Source: Acidovorax sp.
GTDB taxonomy: Bacteria; Pseudomonadota; Gammaproteobacteria; Burkholderiales; Burkholderiaceae_C
Direction: 5' to 3'
Length of the DNA stretch: 64,000 bases
Assembly (NCBI RefSeq): GCF_046314175.1
Contig: NZ_JBKBXG010000018.1
Coordinates: forward strand, 852-64,851
The notes under the pieces were generated by a model that did not search any database, was not told where the DNA came from, and saw only the letters and a program-made list of their open reading frames with translations. The first letter of the stretch is position 1; each line of letters opens with the position of its first letter. This document shows positions 51,210-60,825 of the stretch, piece by piece. Both the position numbers and the translations under genes were made by a program.

Positions 51210-51614
51210 ATGAAAACAGGAAATTGGGTTGCAGCAGTTTCTGGTCAGTTCGCGGTGCTGGTGGTGGCGGCGTCGCTGTGCTGCGCACTGGCGCCGAGTG
51301 CCGTCGCCGCACCGTCTGCACCAGCAACACAGGGCGACAAGAGTGCCGCCACTGCAGAGCCAGTTTTCACGCGGGCCCGCCTGGTGTCTGTGCAGCCGGA
51401 TCGGGACGGCCGACTGCTGGTGCGTCTGAAGCTGCTGCCGCGTTCCAAAATACCGTTCTCCACGCAGACGTTCACTGTGCGCGACAGGGCTTTAGTGGCG
51501 GACATTCCCGAGGGATCGTGGGTCAAGTTCACGGCCAGGTCTGAAGGTGGTGTGAACTGGCTGACCGCCATCCACGTGGTGGAAGAATGCAGGCGTTTTC
51601 AGCCGTGCGATTGA
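51210..51614 (+). CDS. Periplasmic CusF-like OB-fold protein lacking canonical metal ligands
   Basis: Signal peptide; TFTVRDRALVADIPEGSWVKFTA...LTAI resembles CusF C-terminal half. Confidence 0.6.
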   Translation: MKTGNWVAAVSGQFAVLVVAASLCCALAPSAVAAPSAPATQGDKSAATAEPVFTRARLVSVQPDRDGRLLVRLKLLPRSKIPFSTQTFTVRDRALVADIPEGSWVKFTARSEGGVNWLTAIHVVEECRRFQPCD

Positions 51615-51667
51615 AGATTGGCCTGCAGACAGCGCGGGTTGCTGCTCCATTTTTATGAGGTTTGCCC

Positions 51668-53038
51668 ATGTTCAGTTTTCGTATCAGGCTTGCATTGCGA
51701 AAGTGTTTGCAAAAAAGCCGGGTTTCCGCATTTTTCTGGCTTCCACTCATGCTGTGTGGGCACGCTGTGGCGCAGCAGCCTGATCCCGTTCCGGCAACCA
51801 TCACTGCGTGGCCAAGCTACATGCCCGATTTGGTTCCAGGTTTTTCGGAGAGCTCGGTCGCCGCCGTTTTGCCGACTGACGTGGTGATCACGCCTCCAGA
51901 TGTATCGCTGCCCGTGGATAAGGCCCGCTGGAGCGGTGTCTGGCAGGGCTGGGCCTGCAATTCGAGAGCGTGCGATATCCGCGTTGCTATTGAATCCGTC
52001 ACCACGACCGGTGCCACCGTTGTGTACGCCGGGGCGAGCGAGCAGCAGCCCCAGGTGACCGACCGGGCGCAGGGGAGCTTCGTTGGCAACGAACTGCACG
52101 CGCGGCTTCATACGGGTGCGCGGTTAGTGCTTCGCCTGCGAGGCGGGGTGGATGAAATGGAAATGTCTGTGTGGCGCCCTGAGACACAGTTGCTGGCTGC
52201 TGGTGTGCTGACCAATAAGCCGCTGGCACGGCAATACACGCGTGTGGTTGAGCGCCTGCCCACACCCTGGACCGATGCAGATGGTCGTGCGCAGACGTTG
52301 GAGGCGGTGGTGGTCCGTCCCATCAATGCTAAGGGTCTGTTGCCCACGCTCGTCTTCAACCATGGCTCTACGGGTGCAGGCAATCGCCCCAGCTGGTTTA
52401 CGTTGACCTGGACCAGCCCCGAGGTGGCGCAGTATTTCACCTCCAAAGGTTGGCAGGTCGTGTTCCCCCAACGCCGAGGGCGCGGCAAGTCGGATGGCCT
52501 GTACGACGAAGGTTTTGGGGCCAACCGTGCGGAGGGCTACACCTGCCAGCCCGAACAGTCGCTGAAGGGGCTGGACCGGGCGCTGGCCGACCTGGATGCA
52601 GTGATGGCGCACGTGCGGCAACGCCCCGATGTCGACAAGACGCGCTTGCTAGTCGGCGGGGTGTCGCGTGGAGGCCTGCTGTCGGTTGCGTATGCAGGTG
52701 CTCGGCCAGACATGTTCCAGGGCGTCGTAAATTTTGTGGGCGGCTGGATGGGTGAGGGGTGCAAGGAGGCTGCGCTCATTAACCGCACCGGATTCGTCCG
52801 GGGCACGGCCATGCCTCGGCCAACCCTATGGCTGTATGGGGAGCGTGATTCCTACTATTCGCTGGACCACAGCCGTGCCAGTTTTGAGTCTTTTCTCGCA
52901 GCGGGCGGGAAGGGCAAGATGGTCAGCTACACCCTGCCGCCGGGGCAGGACGGCCACAGCATTCATGACTTTCCTGCACTGTGGAGGGAAGAGTTGGACA
53001 GCTACCTTGCGCAGACCCTCGCCGGACCTTCCCGGTAG
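51668..53038 (+). CDS. Exported alpha/beta hydrolase (dienelactone hydrolase-like) with N-terminal extra domain
   Basis: FNHGS, PQRRGRGKS.G, GVSRGG nucleophile elbow, YGERD, DGH. Confidence 0.85.
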   Translation: MFSFRIRLALRKCLQKSRVSAFFWLPLMLCGHAVAQQPDPVPATITAWPSYMPDLVPGFSESSVAAVLPTDVVITPPDVSLPVDKARWSGVWQGWACNSRACDIRVAIESVTTTGATVVYAGASEQQPQVTDRAQGSFVGNELHARLHTGARLVLRLRGGVDEMEMSVWRPETQLLAAGVLTNKPLARQYTRVVERLPTPWTDADGRAQTLEAVVVRPINAKGLLPTLVFNHGSTGAGNRPSWFTLTWTSPEVAQYFTSKGWQVVFPQRRGRGKSDGLYDEGFGANRAEGYTCQPEQSLKGLDRALADLDAVMAHVRQRPDVDKTRLLVGGVSRGGLLSVAYAGARPDMFQGVVNFVGGWMGEGCKEAALINRTGFVRGTAMPRPTLWLYGERDSYYSLDHSRASFESFLAAGGKGKMVSYTLPPGQDGHSIHDFPALWREELDSYLAQTLAGPSR

Positions 53039-53078
53039 ACGCGGATGCTAGTGCCTACTCGGGGCTGTGGTCGGACGG

Positions 53079-53759
53079 TCAGCGGTACAGCTGCCCGTTG
53101 CGCAGCGCCTCCAGCGCATGCCTCAGGTTCGCGCGCGCCTGCGCTTCGTACTGTTGGTAAAACAGTTCGGTGCCGTAGATGCGCGGGCGGTCGAGAAACC
53201 CCTGCAGCACCACACTGCGCCCCGTCACATAGCGCGGCCAGCGCACGAAGAAGTATTCGCGCCGCACGTTGCGCTCGAACTGGCGATACACCGCGTCGCT
53301 CTGGCCAAGGATGGCCAGGTCGATATCGACCACCCATTGCGCATCGCCCGTGAGTGGGCCTGGAGTGTGCCGGGTGTCCATGATGTGCTGGTGCACGGTT
53401 TGCGCCAGCGTGGCGGGCAGGCCCTGGCTGGGCAGAAAGCGGCTTGCCCAGTCGGCGCTGCGCTCTTCGTTGTGCTTGCTCCACGGCCAATAGATGGCGT
53501 CGTGGTACCACATGGCCAGAGCCACAGCGTGAGGGTTGTCGAGCGCGCCGGGTTGCTGATCCTGCACCATTTGCCAATGCCGCAGGCAGGCCCAGAGGTG
53601 GGTGGTGTCGTGGTACGCGCGCGGCCATCGAGTCCAACTGAGCATCAGGCGCCGTCCTTCCTTGCGCCAGGCTGGTGTATCCATGCCCAGCGCTTGGCCC
53701 AATGTTTGCCAATGCGCCAGCAGTTCGGCGCTATGGGCAGGCAGGCGGCGCCAAGGCAT
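53079..53759 (-). CDS. HD-superfamily metal-dependent phosphohydrolase
   Basis: RAYH...H, WYHDAIY, NEERSA, DIDLAILG, VRREY. Confidence 0.85.
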   Translation of the reverse strand: MPWRRLPAHSAELLAHWQTLGQALGMDTPAWRKEGRRLMLSWTRWPRAYHDTTHLWACLRHWQMVQDQQPGALDNPHAVALAMWYHDAIYWPWSKHNEERSADWASRFLPSQGLPATLAQTVHQHIMDTRHTPGPLTGDAQWVVDIDLAILGQSDAVYRQFERNVRREYFFVRWPRYVTGRSVVLQGFLDRPRIYGTELFYQQYEAQARANLRHALEALRNGQLYR

Positions 53760-53777
53760 GGATGGGGCTTTTGGGGA

Positions 53778-54698
53778 TCAGGCTACCTTGCCAAGCAGCA
53801 GATATTCCATAAGCGCCTTCTGCACATGCATCCGGTTCTCGGCTTCATCCCATACCACCGACTGCGGCCCGTCGATCACGTCCGCTTCGACCTCTTCGCC
53901 CCGGTGCGCAGGCAGGCAGTGCATAAACAGTGCGTCGGGCTTGGCTGCAGCCATCATTTCGGTGTCCACACACCAGTCTGCAAACGCCTTCTTGCGCTCT
54001 TCGTTCTCGGCCTCGTAGCCCATGCTGGTCCACACATCGGTGGTAACCAGGTCTGCGCCCTGGCAGGCGTCCATGGGGTTGCTAAAAAATTGATAGCTGC
54101 CAGCGCTTATTCCACCAGCGCCAGCGGCCAATTTCTCATCAATTTCATAGCCGCGGGGCGTACTCACATGCACCTTGAAGCCAAGCAGCGCGGCGGCTTG
54201 CAGCCAGGTGTTGGCCATGTTGTTGCCGTCGCCCACCCAGGCCACCGTCTTGCCTTTTATGGAACCACGGTGTTCGATGAAGGTGAAGATGTCCGCCAGG
54301 ATCTGGCAGGGGTGGTACTCGTTGGTCAGTCCGTTGATGACAGGCACGCGCGAGTTGGCGGCAAAGTCTTCGATCTTGGTCTGCTCATAGGTGCGGATCA
54401 TCACCAGGTCCACCATGCGGCTGATGACCTTGGCGCTGTCTTCAATCGGCTCGGCGCGGCCCAGCTGGCTGTCGCCGGTGGTCAGGTGCACCACGCTGCC
54501 GCCGAGCTGGTACATGCCCGCCTCAAAGCTCACACGCGTGCGGGTGCTGGCCTTCTCGAAGATCATGGCCAGCGTGCGGTCCACCAGTGGGTGGTGTTTT
54601 TCGTAGGCCTTGAACTTTTTCTTGATGAGCGCGGCGCGCTCGAACAGGTAGCTGTATTCGTCGGCGTTGAGGTCGTTGAACTGCAGGTAATGTTTCAT
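53778..54698 (-). CDS. argF: Ornithine carbamoyltransferase
   Basis: FEKASTRTR, HPCQILAD, TDVWTSMG, HCLPAHRG, AENR. Confidence 0.97.
   Translation of the reverse strand: MKHYLQFNDLNADEYSYLFERAALIKKKFKAYEKHHPLVDRTLAMIFEKASTRTRVSFEAGMYQLGGSVVHLTTGDSQLGRAEPIEDSAKVISRMVDLVMIRTYEQTKIEDFAANSRVPVINGLTNEYHPCQILADIFTFIEHRGSIKGKTVAWVGDGNNMANTWLQAAALLGFKVHVSTPRGYEIDEKLAAGAGGISAGSYQFFSNPMDACQGADLVTTDVWTSMGYEAENEERKKAFADWCVDTEMMAAAKPDALFMHCLPAHRGEEVEADVIDGPQSVVWDEAENRMHVQKALMEYLLLGKVA
54080..54145 (+). repeat. Dispersed ~66-bp repeat, copy 11, in frame within argF (read on its reverse strand)
   Basis: GCTA-aaaaattga-TAGC-tgcc-AGCGC-ttattccacca-GCGCC-agcggccaatttctcatcaattt. Confidence 0.85.
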
Positions 54699-54723
54699 GG
54701 GCTTGTGTCTCGGTGCCGGCCGA

Positions 54724-55920
54724 TTATTCGGCCAGTATGGCTTTGACCAGCGGGGTCAGTTTGGCGACGATCTCGTCGGCCTCGGCGTTTGTCAGGATCA
54801 GCGGGGGAACCAAACGGATCACGCTGTCGGCCGTGACCGAGAGCAGCAGGCCCGCCTCGGCCGCGCGGCCGATCAGTGCGCCGCAGGGCTTGTTCAGCTC
54901 GATGCCCAGCATCAGGCCCTGGCCGCGAATTTCCTTCACGCCGGGCAGGCTGCCCAGTTCGCGCTGCAGTGCGGCGCGCAGGTGGTCGCCCGCCTTGGCG
55001 GCGTTTGCCAGCAGGCCGTCTTCTTCCATGATGCGGATGGTTTCGACCCCGGCACGCATGGCCAGCGGGTTGCCGCCAAAGGTGGTGCCGTGGTTGCCGG
55101 GCTGCAGTACGTTGGCGGCCTTGGGGCCTGCCACCACCGCGCCAATCGGCACGCCCGATCCCAGGCCCTTGGCCAGAGGCATCACGTCGGGCACGATGCC
55201 AGCCCACTGGTGGGCAAACCACTTGCCGGTGCGGCCCACGCCACACTGCACTTCGTCGATCATCATGAGCCAGTCGCGCTCGTCGCACAGCGCGCGCAGC
55301 TGCTGCAGGTATTCCACCCGCATCGAGTTGATGCCGCCTTCGCCCTGAATGGTTTCGAAGAACACCGCGACCACATTGGGGTTGCCTTCGGTGGCCTTCT
55401 TGATGGCCTCGATGTCGTTCATCGGCACGCGGATGAAACCCTCGACCAGCGGGCCAAAGCCGCTGTGGATCTTGGGGTTGCCCGTGGCCGACATGGTGGC
55501 AATGGACCGGCCGTGGAAGGCTTTCTCGTACACGACGATCTCGGGCTTGGCGATGCCCTTGTCCACGCCGTACTTGCGTGCGATCTTCAGTGCCGCCTCG
55601 TTGGCCTCCAGGCCCGAGTTGCAGAAGAACACGTTGGTCATGCCCGACAGCTCCACCAGCTTGGCGGCCAGTTGCTCTTGCAGCGGCACGTGGTAGTAGT
55701 TGGAGGTGTGGATCAGTTTGGTGATCTGATCCTGCAACGCGGGCACTAGCTTGGCGTGGTTGTGGCCCAGTGTGTTCACCGCAATGCCGCCCAGACCGTC
55801 CAGGTATTCTTTGCCGTTCACGTCCCAGACTCGGCAGCCTTGCCCACGGGCCAGCGCGATGGGTACGCGGCCATAGGTGTTCATCACGTGGGGCGAAGCT
55901 GCCGGGGTGGTAGCGGTCAT
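54724..55920 (-). CDS. argD: Acetylornithine aminotransferase
   Basis: CNSGLEANE, FHGRS, IQGEGG, DEVQCGVGRTG, LAKGLG, HGTTFGGNP; adjacent to argF. Confidence 0.93.
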   Translation of the reverse strand: MTATTPAASPHVMNTYGRVPIALARGQGCRVWDVNGKEYLDGLGGIAVNTLGHNHAKLVPALQDQITKLIHTSNYYHVPLQEQLAAKLVELSGMTNVFFCNSGLEANEAALKIARKYGVDKGIAKPEIVVYEKAFHGRSIATMSATGNPKIHSGFGPLVEGFIRVPMNDIEAIKKATEGNPNVVAVFFETIQGEGGINSMRVEYLQQLRALCDERDWLMMIDEVQCGVGRTGKWFAHQWAGIVPDVMPLAKGLGSGVPIGAVVAGPKAANVLQPGNHGTTFGGNPLAMRAGVETIRIMEEDGLLANAAKAGDHLRAALQRELGSLPGVKEIRGQGLMLGIELNKPCGALIGRAAEAGLLLSVTADSVIRLVPPLILTNAEADEIVAKLTPLVKAILAE

Positions 55921-56186
55921 GCAGAAATCTCCAGACGGTGCGGTAATGGGTCGGCTTGTGGCCTGTAAACCCGAAAAAGCGAAGCACGATTCTAGGGGGA
56001 GCAAGGTGATCGTCTGTTGACGATTGCGCATCACTGCAATGCAGTGCCCTACCTGAGTTTGGGATCTATGGTTAGCGCGGCATAAGGATTAGGGAGTCAG
56101 CTCTTATATAAGAGTTAGAATGTCGCGCTGCGGTGCAGCATGCGGTGATCCTGCGTCTGGCGCGCCCACTACCACTCCAATCCCCG

Positions 56187-56510
56187 ATGGTTTCCCCCAC
56201 CTCCAAAGAAGTCTTCATCCAAGGCGTCACCCACGACGGGAAAACCTTTCGTCCCAGCGACTGGGCCGAACGGCTGGCGGGGGTGATGAGCAGTTTCCGC
56301 CCGGGTGGGGCGCGGCCGGGCAGCCATCTGAGCTACTCGCCCTGGTGCATTCCGACCACGCTCAACGGTGTGAAATGTGTGGTGGTCAACCGTGATCTGC
56401 GCGACCACGAACCCATGGCCTGGGATTTCGTCATCAATTTTGCGCGCGACAACAACCTTCAGGTGGCAGAAGCCTGCCTGCTGCCCGATCCCCCTGCCGC
56501 CAAGCCCTGA
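56187..56510 (+). CDS. DUF3579-like conserved protein
   Basis: IQGVT..GKTFRPSDWAERL, FARDNNL. Confidence 0.85.
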   Translation: MVSPTSKEVFIQGVTHDGKTFRPSDWAERLAGVMSSFRPGGARPGSHLSYSPWCIPTTLNGVKCVVVNRDLRDHEPMAWDFVINFARDNNLQVAEACLLPDPPAAKP

Positions 56511-56625
56511 TCTGGCTTGGGACCTACCAGTTTGTGTTGGCTGGTGGTTGTCTTTTCGGTCCGTGCGCTGTCTCTGTCCTGATCGGTTCCCCGTGGCCGG
56601 TAGCCTGCAACGCTGCCCTCGCAGG

Positions 56626-56685
56626 CTTAGCCCTTGTTAACTCAGCCCTTGTTAACTCAGCGCTTGTTGGCTTAGCGCTTGTTTT
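56626..56685. repeat. 15-bp degenerate tandem repeat x4
   Basis: CTTAGCCCTTGTTAA / CTCAGCCCTTGTTAA / CTCAGCGCTTGTTGG / CTTAGCGCTTGTTTT. Confidence 0.85.
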
Positions 56686-56692
56686 TCGACCA

Positions 56693-56736
56693 GAAACGAA
56701 AAAACCGCCCGAAGGCGATTTGGTCGTTTTTCTTTT
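56693..56736 (-). terminator. Probable terminator downstream of rpsT
   Basis: A-run, CGCC-cgaa-GGCG core with imperfect outer stem, T-run. Confidence 0.55.
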
Positions 56737-56818
56737 GCTTGCAGCGCACCCGTTACAAACGGCGAACGGCACATGCCGTTCGGGCTGTTTGCCTGCCGGG
56801 GCAGGCGGAGAGGTTGGT

Positions 56819-57121
56819 TTAGGCGGCTGCCAGAGCCAGGGCTTTCACCTTGGCAGACAGACGGCTCTTGTCGCGAGCAGCCTTGTTCTTGTGGAAGATG
56901 CCCTTGTCAGCCACGGTGTCAACCACAGCTTGCATCTTGGCGAACAGTTCGGTCGCCTTGGTCTTGTCGCCAGCCAGAACAGCCTTTTCGACGTTCTTGA
57001 CAGCAGTACGGTATTTGGAACGCAGCGAGGTGTTCGCAGCGTTGAGCTTGATGTCCTGACGGACGCGCTTGCGGCCGGATGCCAGGCGCGGGTTCTTCTT
57101 CTTTGGTTTAGCGGATGCCAT
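56819..57121 (-). CDS. rpsT: 30S ribosomal protein S20
   Basis: SGRKRVRQ...N...[24 protein letters not shown]; divergent from murJ. Confidence 0.96.
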   Translation of the reverse strand: MASAKPKKKNPRLASGRKRVRQDIKLNAANTSLRSKYRTAVKNVEKAVLAGDKTKATELFAKMQAVVDTVADKGIFHKNKAARDKSRLSAKVKALALAAA

Positions 57122-57320
57122 GATTTATTTCCTTGGGGTCTGTGGATGATGCCAGCAAAGCCCGCGATTATAGCCCAGGGCACTTCCCGTATCCACCCCT
57201 GCCCCGAAACTGGCGCTGCGGCATTGCCAGCGCACCCGTGGAACTGGCTCCGCCAGGCCACCGGGTGCGTCCCCCTTGGGTGAAGATGCGAAGCGGCTCA
57301 GGGGGAATACACTCCCCCCG

Positions 57321-58886
57321 GTGTCATTGCTCAAAGCCGCCTCTACCGTCTCCCTGCTGACCCTGGCCTCCCGCGTGACGGGCCTGGTGCGCGACCTTCT
57401 GATGGCCTCCATGTTCGGGGCCAATGCCCTGACGGACGCCTTCAACGTCGCTTTCCGCATCCCCAACCTCTTCCGCCGTCTGTTTGCAGAAGGGGCTTTC
57501 AGCCAGGCCTTTGTGCCGGTTCTGGCCACTACCAAAGCGCAGCAGGGCGAAGAAGCCACGCGCCAGCTTATTGCTGCTGTGGCCACGGTGCTGGCCTGGA
57601 TTCTGCTGTTGACTTGCATCCTGGGTGTGCTGGGTGCGCCGGTGCTGGTCTGGGCGCTGGCCAGTGGCTTGCGCCAGAGTGGTGAAGCCTACGATGCCGC
57701 CGTGCTGATGACGCGCTGGATGTTCCCCTACATCGGGTTCATGTCCATGGTGGCGCTGTCGGCGGGTGTGCTCAACACCTGGAAGCACTTTGCGGTGCCT
57801 GCCGCTTCGCCGGTGCTGCTCAATCTGTGCATGATTGTTGCCGCCTGGCTGGGCGCGCCGCAGCTCGAAGCACGGGGCATCGAGCCCATTTTTGCGATGG
57901 CGGGCGGTGTGATGCTGGGCGGTGTGTTGCAACTGGCCGTGCAGGTTCCCGCGCTGGCGCGGTTGGGTCTGCTGCCGCGCATCGGCGTCACCTGGGGCGC
58001 CATCCGCGCGGCCTGGGCCGAGCCTGGAGTGCGGCGTGTGCTGATGCTGATGGGGCCCATCCTGCTGGGGGTGGGCGTGGCGCAGATCTCGCTGATGATC
58101 AACACCCAGATCGCGTCCTACCTGACGCCCGGTAGCGTGACCTGGCTTTTTTATGCTGACCGGTTGATGGAGTTCCCCACTGCATTGCTGGGCGTGGCCC
58201 TGGGCGTGGTGCTGACCCCGCAGCTCACGGCCGCCAAGGCGGCGGGCGATGCCGAGAAGTACTCGGCCATGCTGGACTGGGGCCTGCGCATTGTGGTGCT
58301 GCTGGCCGTGCCCTGCGCAGTGGCGCTGCTCACGTTTTCCACGCCACTGGTGGCCACGTTGTTCCACCACGGCAAGCTGGCAGACAGTGATGTGGGCCAG
58401 ATCGCCGTGGCGTTATCGGGCTACGGCGCGGGTCTGCTCGGCATCGTGGCGATCAAGGTGCTGGCGCCTGGCTACTACGCCAGCCAGGACGTGCGCACCC
58501 CCGTCAAGATCGCAGTGGTGGTGCTGGTGATCACCCAGCTGCTCAACATTGCGCTGGTGCCCTTCATCGCCCACGCAGGCCTGGCCCTGTCGATTGGCCT
58601 GGGCGCGCTCATTAACGCCCTGTGGCTGCTGGTGGGCCTGCTTCGGCGCGGCAGCTACCAGCCCCTGCCGGGCTGGGGCAAGTTTGCCTTGCAGGTGGTG
58701 GCTGCCAGCGCGCTGCTGGCGGTGCTGCTGGTGTGGGGTGCCCAGCACTTTGACTGGGTGGGGATGCGAAGCCACTCGCTGCAGCGTGTGGGTTTGCTGG
58801 CCGCGCTGATGGCCGCCGCCGCCGTGCTGTACTTTGGCGCGCTGTGGGCAGCGGGCCTCAAGCTGCGCAAGATGCTGCGGCGCTGA
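57321..58886 (+). CDS. murJ: Lipid II flippase
   Basis: SRVTGLVRD, DAFNVAFRIPNLFRRLFAEGAFSQAFVP, YADRLMEFP; GTG start. Confidence 0.96.
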   Translation: MSLLKAASTVSLLTLASRVTGLVRDLLMASMFGANALTDAFNVAFRIPNLFRRLFAEGAFSQAFVPVLATTKAQQGEEATRQLIAAVATVLAWILLLTCILGVLGAPVLVWALASGLRQSGEAYDAAVLMTRWMFPYIGFMSMVALSAGVLNTWKHFAVPAASPVLLNLCMIVAAWLGAPQLEARGIEPIFAMAGGVMLGGVLQLAVQVPALARLGLLPRIGVTWGAIRAAWAEPGVRRVLMLMGPILLGVGVAQISLMINTQIASYLTPGSVTWLFYADRLMEFPTALLGVALGVVLTPQLTAAKAAGDAEKYSAMLDWGLRIVVLLAVPCAVALLTFSTPLVATLFHHGKLADSDVGQIAVALSGYGAGLLGIVAIKVLAPGYYASQDVRTPVKIAVVVLVITQLLNIALVPFIAHAGLALSIGLGALINALWLLVGLLRRGSYQPLPGWGKFALQVVAASALLAVLLVWGAQHFDWVGMRSHSLQRVGLLAALMAAAAVLYFGALWAAGLKLRKMLRR

Positions 58887-58985
58887 TGACAGCGGCACAC
58901 AGAAGCACTTGAAGCTCCTAAAAGCCCTGCGAAACCAGAGTATCTGTGGGTTGACGCCACCGCAGACCAGACTTACAAACCTGCC

Positions 58986-59837
58986 ATGTCCCTGAGTTAT
59001 TCCGTGCCCACCTCGCTGGAGTACTTTGCATCGCTGGTGCAAAGTGATGACCACTTTCCGCTGCTGGAGGCCGCCGCCAGCCTGGCGCAGGACGAATACC
59101 CCGAACTGGACATGCAGCAGCTGTTGGGCGACATGGATCAGCTGCTCGCCCGCATCAAACGCCGCCTTCCCGCCGATGCCCCCGCACTGCAGCGGTTGCG
59201 CATCCTCAACCAGTTCTTTTTTGCCGACCTGGGTTTTGGCGGCAACATCAACAACTATTACGACCCGGAAAACAGCTACCTGAATGCCGTGATGCGCACG
59301 CGCCGTGGCATTCCCATCAGCCTGGCTGTGTTGTGGATGGAATTGGCCCAGGGGTTGGGGCTGCATGCACGCGGCATTGCGTTTCCGGGCCACTTCATGG
59401 TCAAGGTGCTTTTGCCCAAAGGCCAGGTGGTGCTCGACCCGATATCGGGCCAGTCATTGAGTCGCGAAGAACTGGCCGAGCGGCTGGAACCGTACAAGCG
59501 CCGCAACGGCCTGGTGGACGACTACGACGTGCCGCTGGGCTTGTACCTGCAGGCCGCCACGCCGCGCGACATCATTGCGCGCATGCTGCGCAACCTGAAA
59601 GAAGTGCACCGCACGCAGCAAGACTGGCAACGGTTGATTGCCGTGCTAGACCGCCTCATCGTGCTGCTGCCAGAGGCCTGGGGCGAGTGGCGCGACCGGG
59701 GGCTGGCCCACGCAGAGCGCGGCAACCATGCCGAAGCGGTAGTGGATCTGGAGGCGTACCTGGCCCATGTGGAAGACGGGCTGGACATCGACCTGGTGGC
59801 CGACCGGCTGACCGCGCTGCGCAATAGCCGGGGCTGA
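58986..59837 (+). CDS. SirB1 family protein (transglutaminase-like core plus TPR)
   Basis: NYYDPENSYL, RRGIPISL, FPGHF, RMLRNLK, RDRGL. Confidence 0.92.
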   Translation: MSLSYSVPTSLEYFASLVQSDDHFPLLEAAASLAQDEYPELDMQQLLGDMDQLLARIKRRLPADAPALQRLRILNQFFFADLGFGGNINNYYDPENSYLNAVMRTRRGIPISLAVLWMELAQGLGLHARGIAFPGHFMVKVLLPKGQVVLDPISGQSLSREELAERLEPYKRRNGLVDDYDVPLGLYLQAATPRDIIARMLRNLKEVHRTQQDWQRLIAVLDRLIVLLPEAWGEWRDRGLAHAERGNHAEAVVDLEAYLAHVEDGLDIDLVADRLTALRNSRG

Positions 59838-59841
59838 ACGC

Positions 59842-59867
59842 CGCGAGCCGCGCTGTCGCGGCTCGCG
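59842..59867. terminator. GC-rich hairpin between convergent genes
   Basis: CGCGAGCCGCG-ctgt-CGCGGCTCGCG; no adjacent T-run. Confidence 0.45.
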
Positions 59868-59889
59868 CTAAGCCATCGCCCCGTCTCTT

Positions 59890-60744
59890 TTAAAACGGTT
59901 GATCGTCGGTCGACTGCAGCTGTGCCAGCTGTTGGCGCAGTGCTGCGTTTTCTGCCGTCAGCTCTGCCACCCGATGGCGCAGTGCCTGCAGTTCGTCGGT
60001 ATCACTATCGGAGCCCGAACTGGCTTCAATATCTGCGGAATGCTCCTGCTGCTTCGGGGTCTCTTCACGCGGCTTGCGTTTGAGTTCACGCACGCGTTTG
60101 GCGGCCTGTTTCAGCTCGTCTTTGCCCGCCACTACTGCGGCCACCTGTTCTTCGGCGGGCAGCGTGGCCACTGCGGCGGCTGCGTTGATAGAGATGGTGC
60201 CGGACTTCACCGCCGCCACCAGCTCCGGCGCCGCCTGCTTCTGGATCTTTTCGATCATCACCACCTGGCTGCTGCTCAGCCGCGCCGCCTTGGCAATGGA
60301 CTCGCGGCTGGTCAGCGGGTCGGGCGCTGGCAAGCCGTTGCCCGCACTGACCACTGGCGCGTCCACGGCGCTGTCGTGCGAGGACGCCGCGTCATCCGGC
60401 ACCACGGCCGCACGCGCACGGCGCTCCGCCACGATCTCGCGCTTGCGCAGCGCCAGCACGCCGCGCTGAAAGTCCGACACGCTGCGCCGACCCAGGTGCT
60501 GGTCGATCATCCACAGGTGCACGTCTTCCATCGACTGGAACCGTGTGTTCTGCACGGTCTGAAACGGCAGGCCATGCTTTTGGCAGATGCCATAGCGGTT
60601 GTGCCCGTCCACCAGCACATCGCCCCACAGCACCAGCGCATCGCGGCAGCCTTCGGCCAGGATGCTGCGCTCCAGGGCATCGTGTTCGTCGGGGGTCAGG
60701 GGGTCGATGTAGGCTTTGAGTTCTTCGTTGACGACGATGTTCAT
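59890..60744 (-). CDS. Orphan ParB-like protein (ParB N domain, HTH-like region, coiled coil)
   Basis: PLT..E...LE.SI..EG, LVDGHNR, QHLGRR, IAKAARLS, C-terminal heptads. Confidence 0.8.
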   Translation of the reverse strand: MNIVVNEELKAYIDPLTPDEHDALERSILAEGCRDALVLWGDVLVDGHNRYGICQKHGLPFQTVQNTRFQSMEDVHLWMIDQHLGRRSVSDFQRGVLALRKREIVAERRARAAVVPDDAASSHDSAVDAPVVSAGNGLPAPDPLTSRESIAKAARLSSSQVVMIEKIQKQAAPELVAAVKSGTISINAAAAVATLPAEEQVAAVVAGKDELKQAAKRVRELKRKPREETPKQQEHSADIEASSGSDSDTDELQALRHRVAELTAENAALRQQLAQLQSTDDQPF

Positions 60745-60825
60745 GGTAGGCGTGAAGTCCGGGGATCAGGGGCAAGGGGCGCGATTGTAGACAGGCTGTC
60801 GTCCCGTCCCGTCCCGTGCGTGGCG

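Noticed and set aside
56819-57121. Unusual Lys-rich N-terminal extension of S20
   Set aside because: Recalled as a lineage-typical feature of Comamonadaceae rather than a novelty
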